This document shows positions 1 through 12,576 of a DNA stretch of 64,000 nt, one piece after another (position 1 is the stretch's first letter; each line of letters starts with the position of its first letter). The DNA is taken from positions 199,764,001 through 199,828,000 of the forward strand of contig OX597815.1 of NCBI GenBank assembly GCA_951406725.2. Reading direction: 5' to 3'. The position numbers and the translations under genes were made by a program. The stretch comes from Octopus vulgaris (lineage: Eukaryota). The notes below the pieces were generated by a model. That model did not search any database and was not told the origin of the DNA. It saw only the letters and a list, made by a program, of their open reading frames with translations.

Positions 1-235
1 TGTGCGTGTGTGTGTGTTTGTGTTTGTGTGTCTGGGTTTATCCCCCCAACATCGCTTGACAACCGATGCTGGTGTGTTTACGTCCCCATAATTTAGCGGT
101 TCGGCAAAAAGAGATCGATAGAATAAGTAACTAGGCTTACAAAGAATAAGTCCTAGGGTTCGATTTGCTCGACTAAAGGCGGTGCTCCAGCATGGCCGCA
201 GCCGAATGACTGAAACAAGTAAAAGAGTAAAAGGG
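1..235 (+). mobile_element. SINE family A, 3' half
   Basis: Matches the 3' half of the full copies at 10680 and 32693 (gcttgacaaccgatgctggtgtgtttacgtcccc...ggcggtgctccagcatggccgcag...gaaacaagtaaaagagtaaaa). Confidence 0.9.
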
Positions 236-700
236 TAACTTACGTCTAGTGACATCTGTAGTTACGAATTAACGAGGCAATATTTATTAAATGTCAGTAC
301 CTCAGGTGCTGAAATATCAGTGATTTACGTTTTAAAGAAAGAATATTTCATTCAATGTTGGCAGTTTATTAAAGAGGCAATATTTCGTAAGACCTTCCTA
401 ACTTACGTATAAAAACGTAAAGCCATCAATGAAACCGTATTTCATTAGACATCAGTAATTACATATTTAAGAAGCAATATTGGTGTTGGTAACTTGCATA
501 TAGAAAAGCCGGTGACTTATATATTAAAGAAGCACCATTTCATTAGAATTCAGTTATTTACGTATTAGAGAAGAAATATTCCATAAGATGCAGGTAATCT
601 ATGTATTAAAGAAATAATATTTACTAGACATCGGTAACTTAGATACGGAAACGTCAGTAACTTACGTATTAAAGAAACAATTTTTATTAATCGTCTGATA
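235..700. repeat. Degenerate ~40 bp minisatellite
   Basis: Recurring motif approximating acatcagtaacttacgtattaaagaagcaatatttcattag, roughly 10 diverged full or partial units. Confidence 0.6.
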
Positions 701-1164
701 ACTCGTGAACTATTATTAGTTGTGCGCTGACACAGATTAACTATGAGATGTCTGCTGTCGCAGATTAACTATAGCCTTGAGCTTCTCGTCTGTGAACAGT
801 TTATTGTATGATTTCAATATTGCTATCAATACGCTTTGTATATTTCGGACAAGATAATGCCAGTGTTATTTTCTGTTATTCCATTTTCTTTTCTTTTATG
901 ACTTAAAGCAGAAAAATTAGCGCCCATATTTTTTGGGCTCCTGAGAGTGGAGGCTGAGTTTAAATGTTTACAATTGAGAAGATTCCACTGACGTCCTCAA
1001 AGAGCAGGTGGTGGCGTTAAACAAGGTAATACATTAAGTTTATTATTCAAGAACAGAAACAATGCATTTGGTAGGCTTCCGCACAGTTTCCGTTCAGCAA
1101 ATTTCTCGTCTAGTGGCTTCCAACCGACAAATACCAGCTCCATCCTCACACAAAATATTGGTTT

Positions 1165-1365
1165 CAAAGTTTGGTACAAGGCCAGCAATTTCAGGTGGGG
1201 AGGGAAAGAAGTCGATTACATCGATCCCTGTACTGGACTGGTTCTTATTTTGTCGACCCCGAAAAGATGAAAGGCAAACTCGAACCTGACGGTATTTCAA
1301 CTCAAATTGTAAAGACGGACGAAATGCCGCTAAGCATTTTGCCCAGCCTGGTAACAATGCCTATC
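1165..1365 (-). mobile_element. Older diverged relative of SINE family C
   Basis: gtcgaccccgaaaagatgaaaggcaaa...gacgaaatgccgctaagcatttt matches the minus strand of family C. Similar old copies lie at about 12295-12505, 15870-16350, 30895-31010 and 35250-35385. Confidence 0.7.
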
Positions 1366-1780
1366 CTGACACGAACTATTTGAACATGTTTAGCTCCTCG
1401 CTCCCTTTTTTATTAATGAGATGACAAAATAGATTTTATATCGAAATAATTATTCTTTCTAAGGTATTCGACACTTTAGCACTTAAACCGGTCACATCCA
1501 ACCTAAATATTCCACCTGTTTGCTGTTCAAATCAACCAGAACTAGTCTTTTACATTTGCCCTACAAAGTCCTTATAAGAATAAACCTATGGTGAAAGGCA
1601 TTCCAGCCGGGACCATCTAGTTTTTTTTCTTTGGTGCAAAATACTCAAGACTAGTGAATCGTTTTCTAAGGTGGTAAAGTGTGATTCAAAGTAGATTTTG
1701 TAGATCGAGCAACATCGTAGGTGTTACTTCGAAAGGGTCTTTCCCGACCATAGGCTCATAAGGTCGGTTTCCTTTATGGA

Positions 1781-2098
1781 GTGGAGGCACATGGCCTAGC
1801 GGTTAGAGCAGCGGACTCGCGGTCGAGGGATCGCGGGTTCGAATCTCAGACCGGGCGACGTGTGTGTTTATGAGCGAAACACCTAAGCTCCACGCGGCTC
1901 CGGCAGAAGGTAATGGCGAACTTCTGCTGACTCTTTCGCCACAACTTTCTCTCACTCTTTCCTCCTGCATCTTGCAGCTCACCTGCGACGGACCGGCGTC
2001 CCGTCCAGGTGGGGAACCTATACGCCAAGGAAACCGGGAAACCGGCCCTTATGAGCCAGGCGTGGCTCGAGAAGGAAACAAACAAAGAAAAACAAAAA
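1781..2098 (+). mobile_element. tRNA-derived SINE family B (subtype B1)
   Basis: Pol III A box TGGCCTAGCGG and B box GGTTCGAATCT. Near-identical copies at 40523 and 48667. (acaa)n tail. The flanking aaggtc(g/a)gtttcc is duplicated on both sides. Inserted into an older minus-strand SINE (about 1740-2330). Confidence 0.88.
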
Positions 2099-2759
2099 GG
2101 TCAGTTTCCCGGATTCTGTGGGGCTCTGTATCACCCTACCCACACCACCTTTGGACGAGACAACGGTCCGTCGCAAGATTGCTCACTTTTACCAGTTGTG
2201 CAGATCGAAGTAAAGTGAAATGAAACGTTCTACTCAAAAACATACCTCATCGTCAGGTCCAGATATCGAAACCACAATCTTACGATCATGAGAGCAACAC
2301 CCTAACCATTAAGCGGCACGCCTCCACACCACTCATGTACCGAGGAAGATATAATGTCCTAAATAATCTACGATAACCTGCAATACTGTGTTTATAGTTA
2401 AAAAGGCTATTATACTTAATGTTTCTTTTAGAAAAAAAGCCTGTTGAAAACTCTTGTCATCAAAACTGGCGCGTTTCCGAGATATTGACATTTTTTCTTC
2501 GGGAAAGAAATTGGAGCCAAATAGCCTAGATATTACATTAAACGACGATGTAGTTCTAAATATAGTACTCCGATAAAAGATAAGAAATAAAAAAAAATAA
2601 AACATACAAAAGGGATGGTCGTAGTTAAGAGGAAAGTCTGTGATCATAAGCATGATTAACCTGTGCTTACCAACGTATAAAACGACCGGTAGTGTCAATA
2701 TATATGACCATTTTTATTATCATATTTAAAAAAATTAAGCTTGTGAAGACAGAGTACTA

Positions 2760-2760
2760 T

Positions 2761-2810
<50 letters not shown>

Positions 2811-3066
2811 AAACACACACACACACACATATATATAGATAGTTGGATAGATATAGATATATATATGTATGTATGTATATATATGTATATATATACATAT
2901 ATATATATAGATAGATAGACACATATATACATATACATACATACATATATACATACACACACAGACACACACACACACATATATATATATGTATATACAC
3001 ATATAACTTCGATAACTTTGATAGGTTTCGGCCAGTATAAGCCCCCACCACACATGTAGGTATGTG

Positions 3067-3101
<35 letters not shown>

Positions 3102-3224
3102 GTGTGTTTATAAAAGTGTGTGTGTTTATACGTGTGTGTGTGTGTGTGTGTGTATGAGTGTGTACACGTACTGAGGGGGAAAGAAAGAGAGCTTTAATCT
3201 CACAAATGCAAGGAAAATACTTTT

Positions 3225-3260
<36 letters not shown>
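2760..3260. repeat. Compound (CA)n/(TA)n/(TG)n microsatellite block
   Basis: Seen directly; this block produces the YIYI/CVCV pseudo-ORFs. Confidence 0.95.
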
Positions 3261-3262
<2 letters not shown>

Positions 3263-3606
3263 GGCTCAATAACAACAACAAAAAAAAAGAATTTAAAAAA
3301 CCCCCAAAAAACAAAAGCACAAAAAAATAAAAAATAAAAAGGAAAAAAATGAATAATGCCATGCTTAGAGCGAAAATATAGTACTATATAATAAGATGGC
3401 TGAGATGAATAGACATTCGAAAATACAGGCATGTTATATAATACATATTAAAATAAATGGATATGTGTATTGCATATATTTTCTCCAGACAAGTCTTCGT
3501 GTTCCTGCAACACACACATGTAAAATACCACGATATATATATATATATATACATATGTATATATATATATATGTGTGTGTGTACACACTCAATCTAACAC
3601 ACGCAC

Positions 3607-3655
<49 letters not shown>

Positions 3656-4160
3656 TATATATACATATATATATATATAGGTGTATAGGTATGTATGTAT
3701 GTATATATGTATGTATATAGCGATTGTTGTTGTTGTTTTTTTTTTGGGGGGGGGGGTCTGCGTGCGAGTAATATACTTAACTGATCGTTGTATTTCCTAT
3801 AACTTTGGTGAGTGAAGAACATTTATTTCTTATGTAAGAAAAAATATTGATTTACAAAATTGTGTTGGTAGTCTCGTTATATATATACATATATATACAC
3901 ACACATACACATATATATATATAAATGCATGTATCTATCTATCTATATATATGTATGTATGTATGTATATATATATATATGTGTATATACGTATTTGTGT
4001 GTATATTCACATATAAAAATGCATATGTATGTATACGTGCATACACACCCACATATATATCCACTTCTCTCTATCCACTTTTTTCTCTTCAGTCGCATAC
4101 GTTCATACATTTTCCAACCTTTTTCTCTGTCCTTTTAGTATATTTCTGTGTGTGTGTGTG

Positions 4161-4198
<38 letters not shown>

Positions 4199-4485
4199 AT
4201 AGTTGTCGATGAAATTGGATAGCAAGTATATGGCGAATCGATATATGGTACACGAACGAAAAGCACAATCTCTTACATCATTATATTCGAGAGTCAGAGT
4301 TCAGAGCTACTTGGGGCTATATAGATATTTCCAAAATCATACCACATCTTGTTTGGTCAAAGTTACAGAAAGAGTTCAAGGAAGCACTGCAAGACAAGAA
4401 ACATATTCACGACCAAGTTTGGTCGATTGGTGGAATCGTTAGACCGTTGACACACATACACACATGTATGTATATATATATATAT

Positions 4486-4622
4486 GCGTCCCTTTCTGTA
4501 GAAGAGCGTAGGCTCGAAACGTAAAAGACTTTTTCTATTCCTGAGCTTTATACTAATACATCTGTTTGTTTTGTACACCACCTGTCTTGGTCTTTTGTTT
4601 TTTTTTCGTTAACTCTCCCTAT
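4486..4622 (+). mobile_element. Short (TA)n-embedded element carrying a minimal hammerhead-like motif, probably a Penelope-like pLTR derivative (family H1)
   Basis: Same sequence at about 14625-14760 and 53950-54090; flanked by (TA)n. Confidence 0.7.
4488..4529 (+). ncRNA. Minimal type-I hammerhead ribozyme-like motif (A6U variant)
   Basis: cttt-CTGTAGA-a-GAGC gtag GCTC-GAAAC-GTA-aaag: stem I cttt/aaag, 4 bp stem II, palindromic stem III ACGT. Confidence 0.6.
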
Positions 4623-4647
4623 ATGTATATATATATATATATATATA

Positions 4648-5118
4648 TCTTTATATATAAAAGTGAAGTTGTGTGCCTGTCTCCTACGATTTAGATTCCT
4701 AACTACTCCCACATTTTGCGGTGCAGTGTAACCAAAAGCGGGTATCTTATAGTCGTGATTTAAATCGAGTCCTTCTGGGTATTAGCGCGCGTCTACCATG
4801 AGTCTACGATTTAAAAAAAAATGACCATCATTTTTTTCCCCATTTTTTAATGCATTTTTTGCTATTATATGATTGATTGATTGATTCTAGTTTCAGCTTA
4901 TGAGCTGTGGCCATGCTGGGGCACCGCCATTTAGACACCGCCATATAAGGGAAGTAACTCTCTAAAAATGTATTATTAAATCTCAGAACGTAAAAAGCTA
5001 CAGTAACACCCTTCTTTGTGGTTAGCCATATTGAGATGGCTATTATACTTTACATCTTTAAAAATGCTTATATAGTTATTTCCCTTACAAATCCGAGCAA
5101 CGCCGGGCGATACTGCTA

Positions 5119-5119
<1 letters not shown>
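4648..5119 (+). mobile_element. Non-autonomous Helitron
   Basis: Starts 5' TC after an A. Ends with a subterminal GC hairpin (ccgagcaacgccggg) and CTAG followed by T. No TSD. Second copy at 29661-30053. Confidence 0.85.
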
Positions 5120-5184
<65 letters not shown>

Positions 5185-5185
5185 A

Positions 5186-5377
5186 CCCGTTTACTCATTT
5201 ACTTGTTTCAGTCATTTGACTGTGGCCATGTTGGAGCACCGCCTTTAGTCGAGCAAATCGACCCCAGGACTTATTCTATCGGTCTGTTTTGCCGAACCGC
5301 TACGCGATGTTGGAGGAACAAACACAGACATACAAACATATATACATACATACATACATTCATACATACATACATAT

Positions 5378-5455
<78 letters not shown>

Positions 5456-5625
5456 GCACATATATACAACGGGCTTCTTTCAGTTTCCATCTACCAAATC
5501 CACTCACAAGGCTTTGGTCGGCCCGAGGCTATAGCTGAAGACACTTGCCCAAGGTGCCACGCTGTGGGACTGAATCCAGAACCATGTGGTTGGTAAGTAA
5601 GCTACTTACCACACAGCCTCTCCTA

Positions 5626-5628
<3 letters not shown>
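5186..5628 (-). mobile_element. SINE family A, full length, with expanded internal microsatellite
   Basis: Reverse complement of the family A head and tail. Confidence 0.9.
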
Positions 5629-5694
<66 letters not shown>

Positions 5695-5862
5695 CATATA
5701 TATATATGTATATATATACATATATATATATGTAAATATATGTATGTATGTATATATATATATATATATATGTATATGTATATATATGTATAAATATGTA
5801 TATATATACATATGTATATATATGTATGTATATATATATATATATACATATACATATACATA

Positions 5863-5958
<96 letters not shown>

Positions 5959-5961
<3 letters not shown>

Positions 5962-6163
5962 TGTCACCTCGTGAGCACCGCCAGCAATTTGTTTCCTCTG
6001 TCTTCCTTTCTCTGGATCTTTTCTTCTCCTATGTTTCCGACGAAGAGCTCCGCTCAAAACGTTAAACCTTCCTTCTTCCCTTCTTTCCTGAGCGTCCAAT
6101 AATACTCTATTTGTTCCACGTCCTCGCGTTGCTGTGTTTTTTTTTGTGTTTTCTTGTTTCGAT

Positions 6164-6168
<5 letters not shown>
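5959..6168 (+). mobile_element. (TA)n-embedded short element with a hammerhead-like motif (family H2)
   Basis: At 6033-6067: gttt-CCGACGA-a-GAGC tcc GCTC-AAAAC-GTT-aaac. Flanked by (TA)n on both sides. Confidence 0.6.
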
Positions 6169-6207
<39 letters not shown>

Positions 6208-6211
<4 letters not shown>

Positions 6212-6500
6212 GGTTAGTGCATCGGACTTACAGTCGATTCCCAGCCCGGGCTGCGTGTTGCGTTCTTGAGCAAGGCACTTCATTTCACGTTGCTCCAATT
6301 CACTCAGCTATAGAAACGAGTAGCGACGTCCCTGGTTCCCAGCTGTATCAGCCTTTGTCTTTCCCTTGGATAACACCAGTGGCAGGAAGAGGGGAAGCTG
6401 GTATGCATGGGCAACTGTTGGTCTTCCTTAAACAACTTTGCCCGGACCAGTGCCTCGTAGAGTAACTCTCTAACCATTCTGCCAGCTCGCCGCATTAAAG
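6208..6500 (+). mobile_element. CORE-like tRNA-derived SINE (family D), diverged
   Basis: tRNA-like remnant followed by ttcttgagcaaggcactt...tgctccaattcactcagct, which resembles the CORE domain. A related 3' tail fragment lies on the minus strand at about 14780-14855. Confidence 0.65.
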
Positions 6501-7191
6501 GTTAAATAGTAATGGCAGTAATTTATAGTTGAGTGGATGAGGCCGTCAAGAAACTAAATGTTTGTATGACTGATTCTCAATCGTCTTGACTTAGATAAGT
6601 TAAGACCACATCACATGGAATGTTAAAAATAGTTTTAAAACTGAAAAGTTAAAAATATATATATATATAAGAAGCTAATATTTCATTAGTCATTTTCTTT
6701 TATAACAAGTTTATGAATAAAAACGTTTTTAAGACGATTAAAATATAAGTATTGATTATCCAAAGTTTTAAATATAAACTTTTTACCAGTTCAAATAAGC
6801 TTGAGACATATTCGAATCCGTAAGAAAGATATTGACTGCGTTTTGTCATGGAAAAAATTTTCTCGCTGTAGACAAAAATGTGTAAACACAAAATAAGTCT
6901 GGAGTACCCTCTATCCAGATTGATGACTGCTTGCATTTCTGAGTAGTTATCTCGTCTTCAGCATCTAACAGTGGAAAGCGAGGCGCTAGGAACTAACTAC
7001 GGGAGACCAGATTTCTTTTATATTCCAGTCAAAGCGTTGTGACAGGTTGCGCTGATCGGTGGCCCATTCGTAGTAACATGGACTAGAAGCACTTCACTCT
7101 TGCAGTGCAATGCTTGACGATCACCAGCCTATATCGTGACTCACTTAAATACCCACGGCACAATATTAATATTCACTCTATATCGCTATAT

Positions 7192-7500
7192 GTGGAGGCG
7201 CAATGGTCCAGTGGTTAGGGTAGCGGAGTCGCGGTCGTAGGATCGCGGTTTCGATTCCCAGACCGGGCGTTGTGAGTGTTTATTGAGCGAAAACACCTAA
7301 AAGCTCCACGAGGCTCCGGCAGGGGTTGGTGATCCCTGCTGTACTCTTTCACCACTCTTTCTCTCACTCTTTCTTCTGTTGGCCAGCTCGCTTAGCCAGC
7401 GGGGTGGCGTCATTCGAAGGCTAAAACAATGCGAACGCATTGTGACCAGCGATGTGTAGCAACACCTGCTGGTCTGGTCGGTCATGTAATCACATGATAT
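7192..7500 (+). mobile_element. SINE family B (subtype B2, tail type 1)
   Basis: A box TGGTCCAGTGG and B box GTTTCGATTCC; TSD atatcgctatat. Confidence 0.88.
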
Positions 7501-8383
7501 CGCTATATACATAATAATCGTATCTCTCTATACATAAACCATCAAAAGTTCTGTATTTTTGTCCTTACGCCAACTGAAAACGTAGTCGGATGATCAAGGA
7601 CATTGCAGTTTGAATAGCATAGAGCCACTAAGATGTAAACAAAAAGAAACCTTACAGAAATACATATCACCAGTGTAAAATTATCGAACGTTTCTTTGGT
7701 TTGCACTGCTTGGGGGGAAAGCCAGAGATAAACCAATATTTCTATCCAGGAAAGAAACTGATTCACAATGCATTGACACTGTGAAACGAAGAATTAGAAC
7801 CAGCAGTCGCCTTATAGTACTTAGACTGCCTTTTTAGAAGTGTCAGAAGATGTACACAAATGTCAGCTGCAAAGATCATGCTTAAAATGTAAGCTCTCTT
7901 ACCAGCATCACTTCAGCAAAGATACCATACAATATAAACACGAGAACAATAATGAATGCAACTACAGAAGCTTTATAAATGTGATAAAACAGAAATGGAA
8001 TAGCGCAAATATAACTAACGTATCAAGAAATTTTACGCCACGACCGACATTGAAATCAATGAAAATATTAGAAAATAAACACGAGAAAATAGCAAAAATA
8101 GCAATATGCGAATGCTGCTGAAATAGAGAGAAAAATGTAAAGGGAAAGAAAGCGACAAGTAAAACAACAGCGCTTCACACAAATGGCATAAAATTACGGA
8201 TGAGCATAAACATGATTAAATAACTAAAAGAAAGAAGAGGGAAAAAAATGCAAAAACATTATCCAACAGCTAAAGACTAAAGAGGTTTGATAAAAGAATA
8301 GAATAATTGCAGCAAAATAAAATGATTTATGAATATAAACAAAGAGACTGTATCGTACAGAAGTCGGAAAATACCCTAGCCAA

Positions 8384-8418
<35 letters not shown>

Positions 8419-9008
8419 AGAGAGAGAGAGGGAAAAAAAGAGAAATACTGCAATTCTGGAGAAATATCTGAGAGGAGATTTAATTGGATATAAAAATAGA
8501 CGAAGCACAGGAGAAAAAGAAAAATATATAAAGCAAAGCAGAAAAATATAAAAATATATAAAAGGAATAACAAAAATGTGCCTGAATAGTACAAGAGACA
8601 TGAATGAATGCCACAATGGTGGAGTCGAAGGTCCCGGGGAGAAGAAAAAGATGAAGGAAATTTACTGTTAATTAGAATAGATATTATAGAGAACATCTGG
8701 TTAGATTTCGTTCATAGGATAATCGCACTTAATGGAATCACGCTCGTCCGACTGAAATACCACGAGACGAAGAAAGAGCTCCTATGGAGTGTCTCGACCG
8801 ATCAGAAATAGTGACCAAATTCCATGAAATCAGCCACTGTTGTCTGTAGAAAAAGACACATTGGGTATTGTAATCTGGGTCCCTTGCACGCACACACGCA
8901 CAGACAAACACACACACAAACACACACACAAATACAAACGAGATTTTGTGTGTCATGTGATGCTCAAGTTTGGAATGTCTTTGATCATGTAATATGTCTG
9001 ATTGGTAA

Positions 9009-9852
9009 GGCGGCGAGCTGGCAGAAACGTTAGAACGCCGGGCGAAATGCTTAGCAGTAATTCGTCTGCCGCTACGTTCTGAGTTCAAATTCCACCGAGG
9101 TCGACTTTGCCTTTCATCTTTTGGGGTTGATTAAATAAGTACCAGTTACGCACTAGAGTCGATATAATCGACTTAATCCATTTGTCTGTCCTTGTTTGAC
9201 CCCTCTGTGTGTAGCCCCTCGTGGGCAGTAAAGAAATAGGTATTTGGTCTGCTGTTACGTTCTGAGTTCAAATTCCGCCGAGGTCGACTTTGCCTTTCAT
9301 CTTTTGGGGTTGATTAAATAAGTACCAGTTACGCACTAGAGTCGATATAATCAACTTAATCCATTTGTCTGTCCTTGTTTGACCCCTCTGTGTGTAGCCC
9401 CTCGTGGGCAGTAAAGAAATAGGTATTTCGTTTGTCTTTAAGTTCTGAGTTCAAATTCCGCCGAGGTCGACTTTGCCATTCATCTTTTGGGGTTGATTAA
9501 ATAAGTACCAGTTACGCACTGGAGTCGATATAATCGAATTAATCCATTTGTCTGTCCTTGTTTGACCCCTCTGTGTGTAGCCCCTCGTGGGCAGTAAAGA
9601 AATAGGTATTTCGTCTGCCGTTACGTTCTGAGTTCAAATTCCGCCGAGGTCGACTTTGCCTTTCATCCTTTCGGGGGTCGATTAAATAAGTACCAGTTAC
9701 GCACTGGAGTCGATATAGTCGACTTAATCCATTTGTCTGTCCTTGTTTGACCCCTCTGTGTGTAGCCCCTCGTGGGCAGTAAAGAAATAGGTATTTCGTC
9801 TGTCTTTACGTTCTGAGTTCAAATTCCGCCGAGGTCGACTTTACCTTTCATG
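9009..9852 (+). mobile_element. SINE family C multimer (one head plus about 4.4 units of ~181 bp)
   Basis: Head ggcggcgagctggcagaaacg; B box GAGTTCAAATTCC in every unit; junction aagaaatagg|tatttcg repeated four times. Confidence 0.9.
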
Positions 9853-10679
9853 CCCTCACCGTGGTGATATGTAGCGTTAGCAAAAGCAAGTTATTGTTCT
9901 CGTTGTTACTTTAACACTTAAACCAACGTTACCAACATTATCATTTTTGTGTCTTTAAAATGTAACTGTAAATATTTCTTGAAATCTCATATATTCTATA
10001 GTCATAATGTCTGTTCTTTTAAAGTCTGTTTATGTATTTGAAAACATTCGAGGGTCGTATAAGTGCTTTTCGCCATTGAGGTTACTACTACCTTTGTGAC
10101 TAGCACCTCTTTCCGCTGCCACACAGGTGAAGATCTTGAAACACGAATAAACAACACAAATGGCTTCTGAACAAAAATAGATATGCAGTTAAAAATAATG
10201 TCTAGGATTAACCTTCCTTCTAGGCACTGAAATAGGCTAGACCTTTAGATAATCTAGAAGCTTTTATGAGCAGAACGGTAACAAAGAAATCTTTCCCCGT
10301 TACCTAATCCAGGAAGAAATCATTTCTAAATCGGGAGCCTTGATAAACATGTGCGCTTACAAAAATAAATATTGAAGAATATCAACAACAACAACAACAA
10401 CAAAAACAACAACCATTTTCTCGATATTTTCTGCAATTCCAAACATTGTTTTACTTATCCAACTGTGCAGCACCTTGTCATATGCATTTTTGGTAATCTA
10501 ATCATGTTACACGCAGTCCCGTCAATTTGACATTACAATTTCTAATTATCACTTCATCAAATAATAATTGGTCTTTTGTTGACGTACTTTGTTTCCAGCA
10601 TCCTTTCTTCTGTTATTCTGGAAGTAGATTCTTACTTTCAAGATGAGTATATAGCTTTTCCACCAAGAAACCGGTCATA

Positions 10680-11075
10680 GGCGCAGGAGTGGCTGTGTGG
10701 TAAGTAGCTGGCTAACCAACCACATGGTTCCGGGTTCAGTCCCACTGCGTGGCATCTTGGGCAAGTGTCTTCTATTATAGTCTCAGGCCGACCAATGCCT
10801 TGTGAGTGGATTTGGTAGACGGAAACTGAAAGAAGCCTGTCGTATATATGTATATATATAAGTGTGTGTGTGTTTGTGTGTTTGTCCCCCTAGCATTGCT
10901 TGACAACCGATGCTGGTATATTTACGTCCCCGTCACTCAGCGGTTCGGCAAAAGAGACTGATAGAATAAGTACTAGGCTTCCAAAGAATAAGTACTGGGG
11001 TCGATTTGCTCGACTAAAGGCGGTGCTCCAGCATGGCCGCAGTCAAATGACTGAAACAAGTAAAAGAGTAAGAGT
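10680..11075 (+). mobile_element. SINE family A, full length
   Basis: A box TGGCTGTGTGG, B box GGTTCAGTCCC, CORE-like cttgggcaagt, internal (TA)n(TG)n and (gtaaaaga)n tail. Confidence 0.92.
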
Positions 11076-11626
11076 ATATGTTTCCTCATAAGTTGTTACC
11101 AAGTTATAGATCGAAAATTTACGCCGAGTTACCTTTTAAGGGTCCCTTGAGACATAACAGCGCTCATCCACTTGTGTTTCAGGTTGGGACGTAACCATGC
11201 TGCAGGCATTCATTTAGTTACGCAGTGACTCTTTCATGCAACTGTGTAAAGTAATTCAGCCAGTCGCCTTGTACTCCATTCGAACCAGGTCCTTTCCAGT
11301 TTGTACGAAACGAATGAAGAAAATATGGGATGAAAAAAAGAAATTATTTTTTCCCCCAAGCATCCGCCTAGCGACTGATAGACCAAACAACAGCAATTCC
11401 TATGAACGACTGGATTACAGGATTAGCGGTTGAAGAAATACAGAGAAGAATTAAAAAAATGAGAAGGAAGAAAGAGAACTAGCAGTAGCAGTAAGTCGTA
11501 AGGAAGGGGTAAGAGATGAAGAATATGATAAAGAAGGAAATCACGATGTGCCTGAGATTGCAGATGAAGAAAATAGCGAAAATGATGTATCTAACTACGA
11601 TAATAACACAACAATTACAATGAGAT

Positions 11627-12192
11627 ATTAAGTCAATTACAAGTACCCCAGTGCGTAACTGGTACTTAATTTATTGACCTCGAAAGGATGAAAGGCAAAG
11701 TCGACCTCGGCGGAATTTGAACTCAGAACGTAACGACAGACGAAATACCTATTTCTTTACTACCCACAAGGGGCTAAACACAGAGAGGACAAACAAGGAC
11801 AGACAAACGGATTAAGTCGATTATATCCACCCCAGTGCGTAACTGGTACTTAATTTATCGACCCCGAAAGGATGAAAGGCAAAGTCGACCTCGGCGGAAT
11901 TTGAACTCAGAACGTAACGACAGACGAAATACCTATTTCTTTACTACCCACAAGGGGCTAAACACAGAGAGGACAAAAAGGACAGACAAACGGATTAAGT
12001 CGATTATATCCACCCCAGTGCGTAACTGGTACTTAATTTATCGACCCCGAAAGGATGAAAGGCAAAGTCGACCTCGGCGGAATTTGAACCCAGAACGTTC
12101 ACATGGACAAAATATCGCCAAGATCGTAACGGCAGACGAAATACGGCTACGCATTTCGCCCGGCGAGCTAACGTTTCTGCCAGCTCGCCGCC
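11627..12192 (-). mobile_element. SINE family C multimer, left arm of an inverted duplication
   Basis: About three units on the minus strand, ending at the head ccagctcgccgcc. Confidence 0.9.
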
Positions 12193-12576
12193 TTTCAGTT
12201 TCTATTTTCGATGTCTCCTTGCTGTTGTAATGTGCACGTCATTACCATTGAGAACACACCAACAGATGAAACACAACAATAATTATTGTAATTTAGGCGC
12301 AAGTCCTGCACTTTGGGGGAAGAGTAGGAGCTTATCGATACTGTCGGTTCCTATACTAGACTGGTACTTTATTTTAGCGACCCCAAGAAGATGAAAAGCA
12401 AAGAGACCTCGGTGTGATTTGAACCCAGAATGTAAATAACCGGAACAAATATATAGCATAGCGTTGTGTTCCCTGGCATTCTAACGGTTCTGCCAATCCA
12501 CTGTCCTGGACGCCACAACGGTAATGACGTGAACATTACAGCAGCAAGGAGACATCATCGAAAATAGAAACTCAAA

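Noticed and set aside
1785-1856. Possible tRNA genes at the SINE B, A and C heads
   Set aside because: A and B boxes are present but there is no proper acceptor stem or anticodon arm, and each continues into a SINE body with a tail and TSD.
3005-3060. Hammerhead-like motif on the minus strand (tggtgg-gggc..gcc-GAAAC)
   Set aside because: The core is too degenerate and no stem I or stem III can be shown, so it was not counted.
10900-11091. Recurrent ORF MTTDAG(V/I)FTSPSLSGSAKETDR..., also at 32929, 49855 and 63369
   Set aside because: It lies in the SINE A 3' half, starts at a non-ATG codon, and recurs because the SINE recurs.
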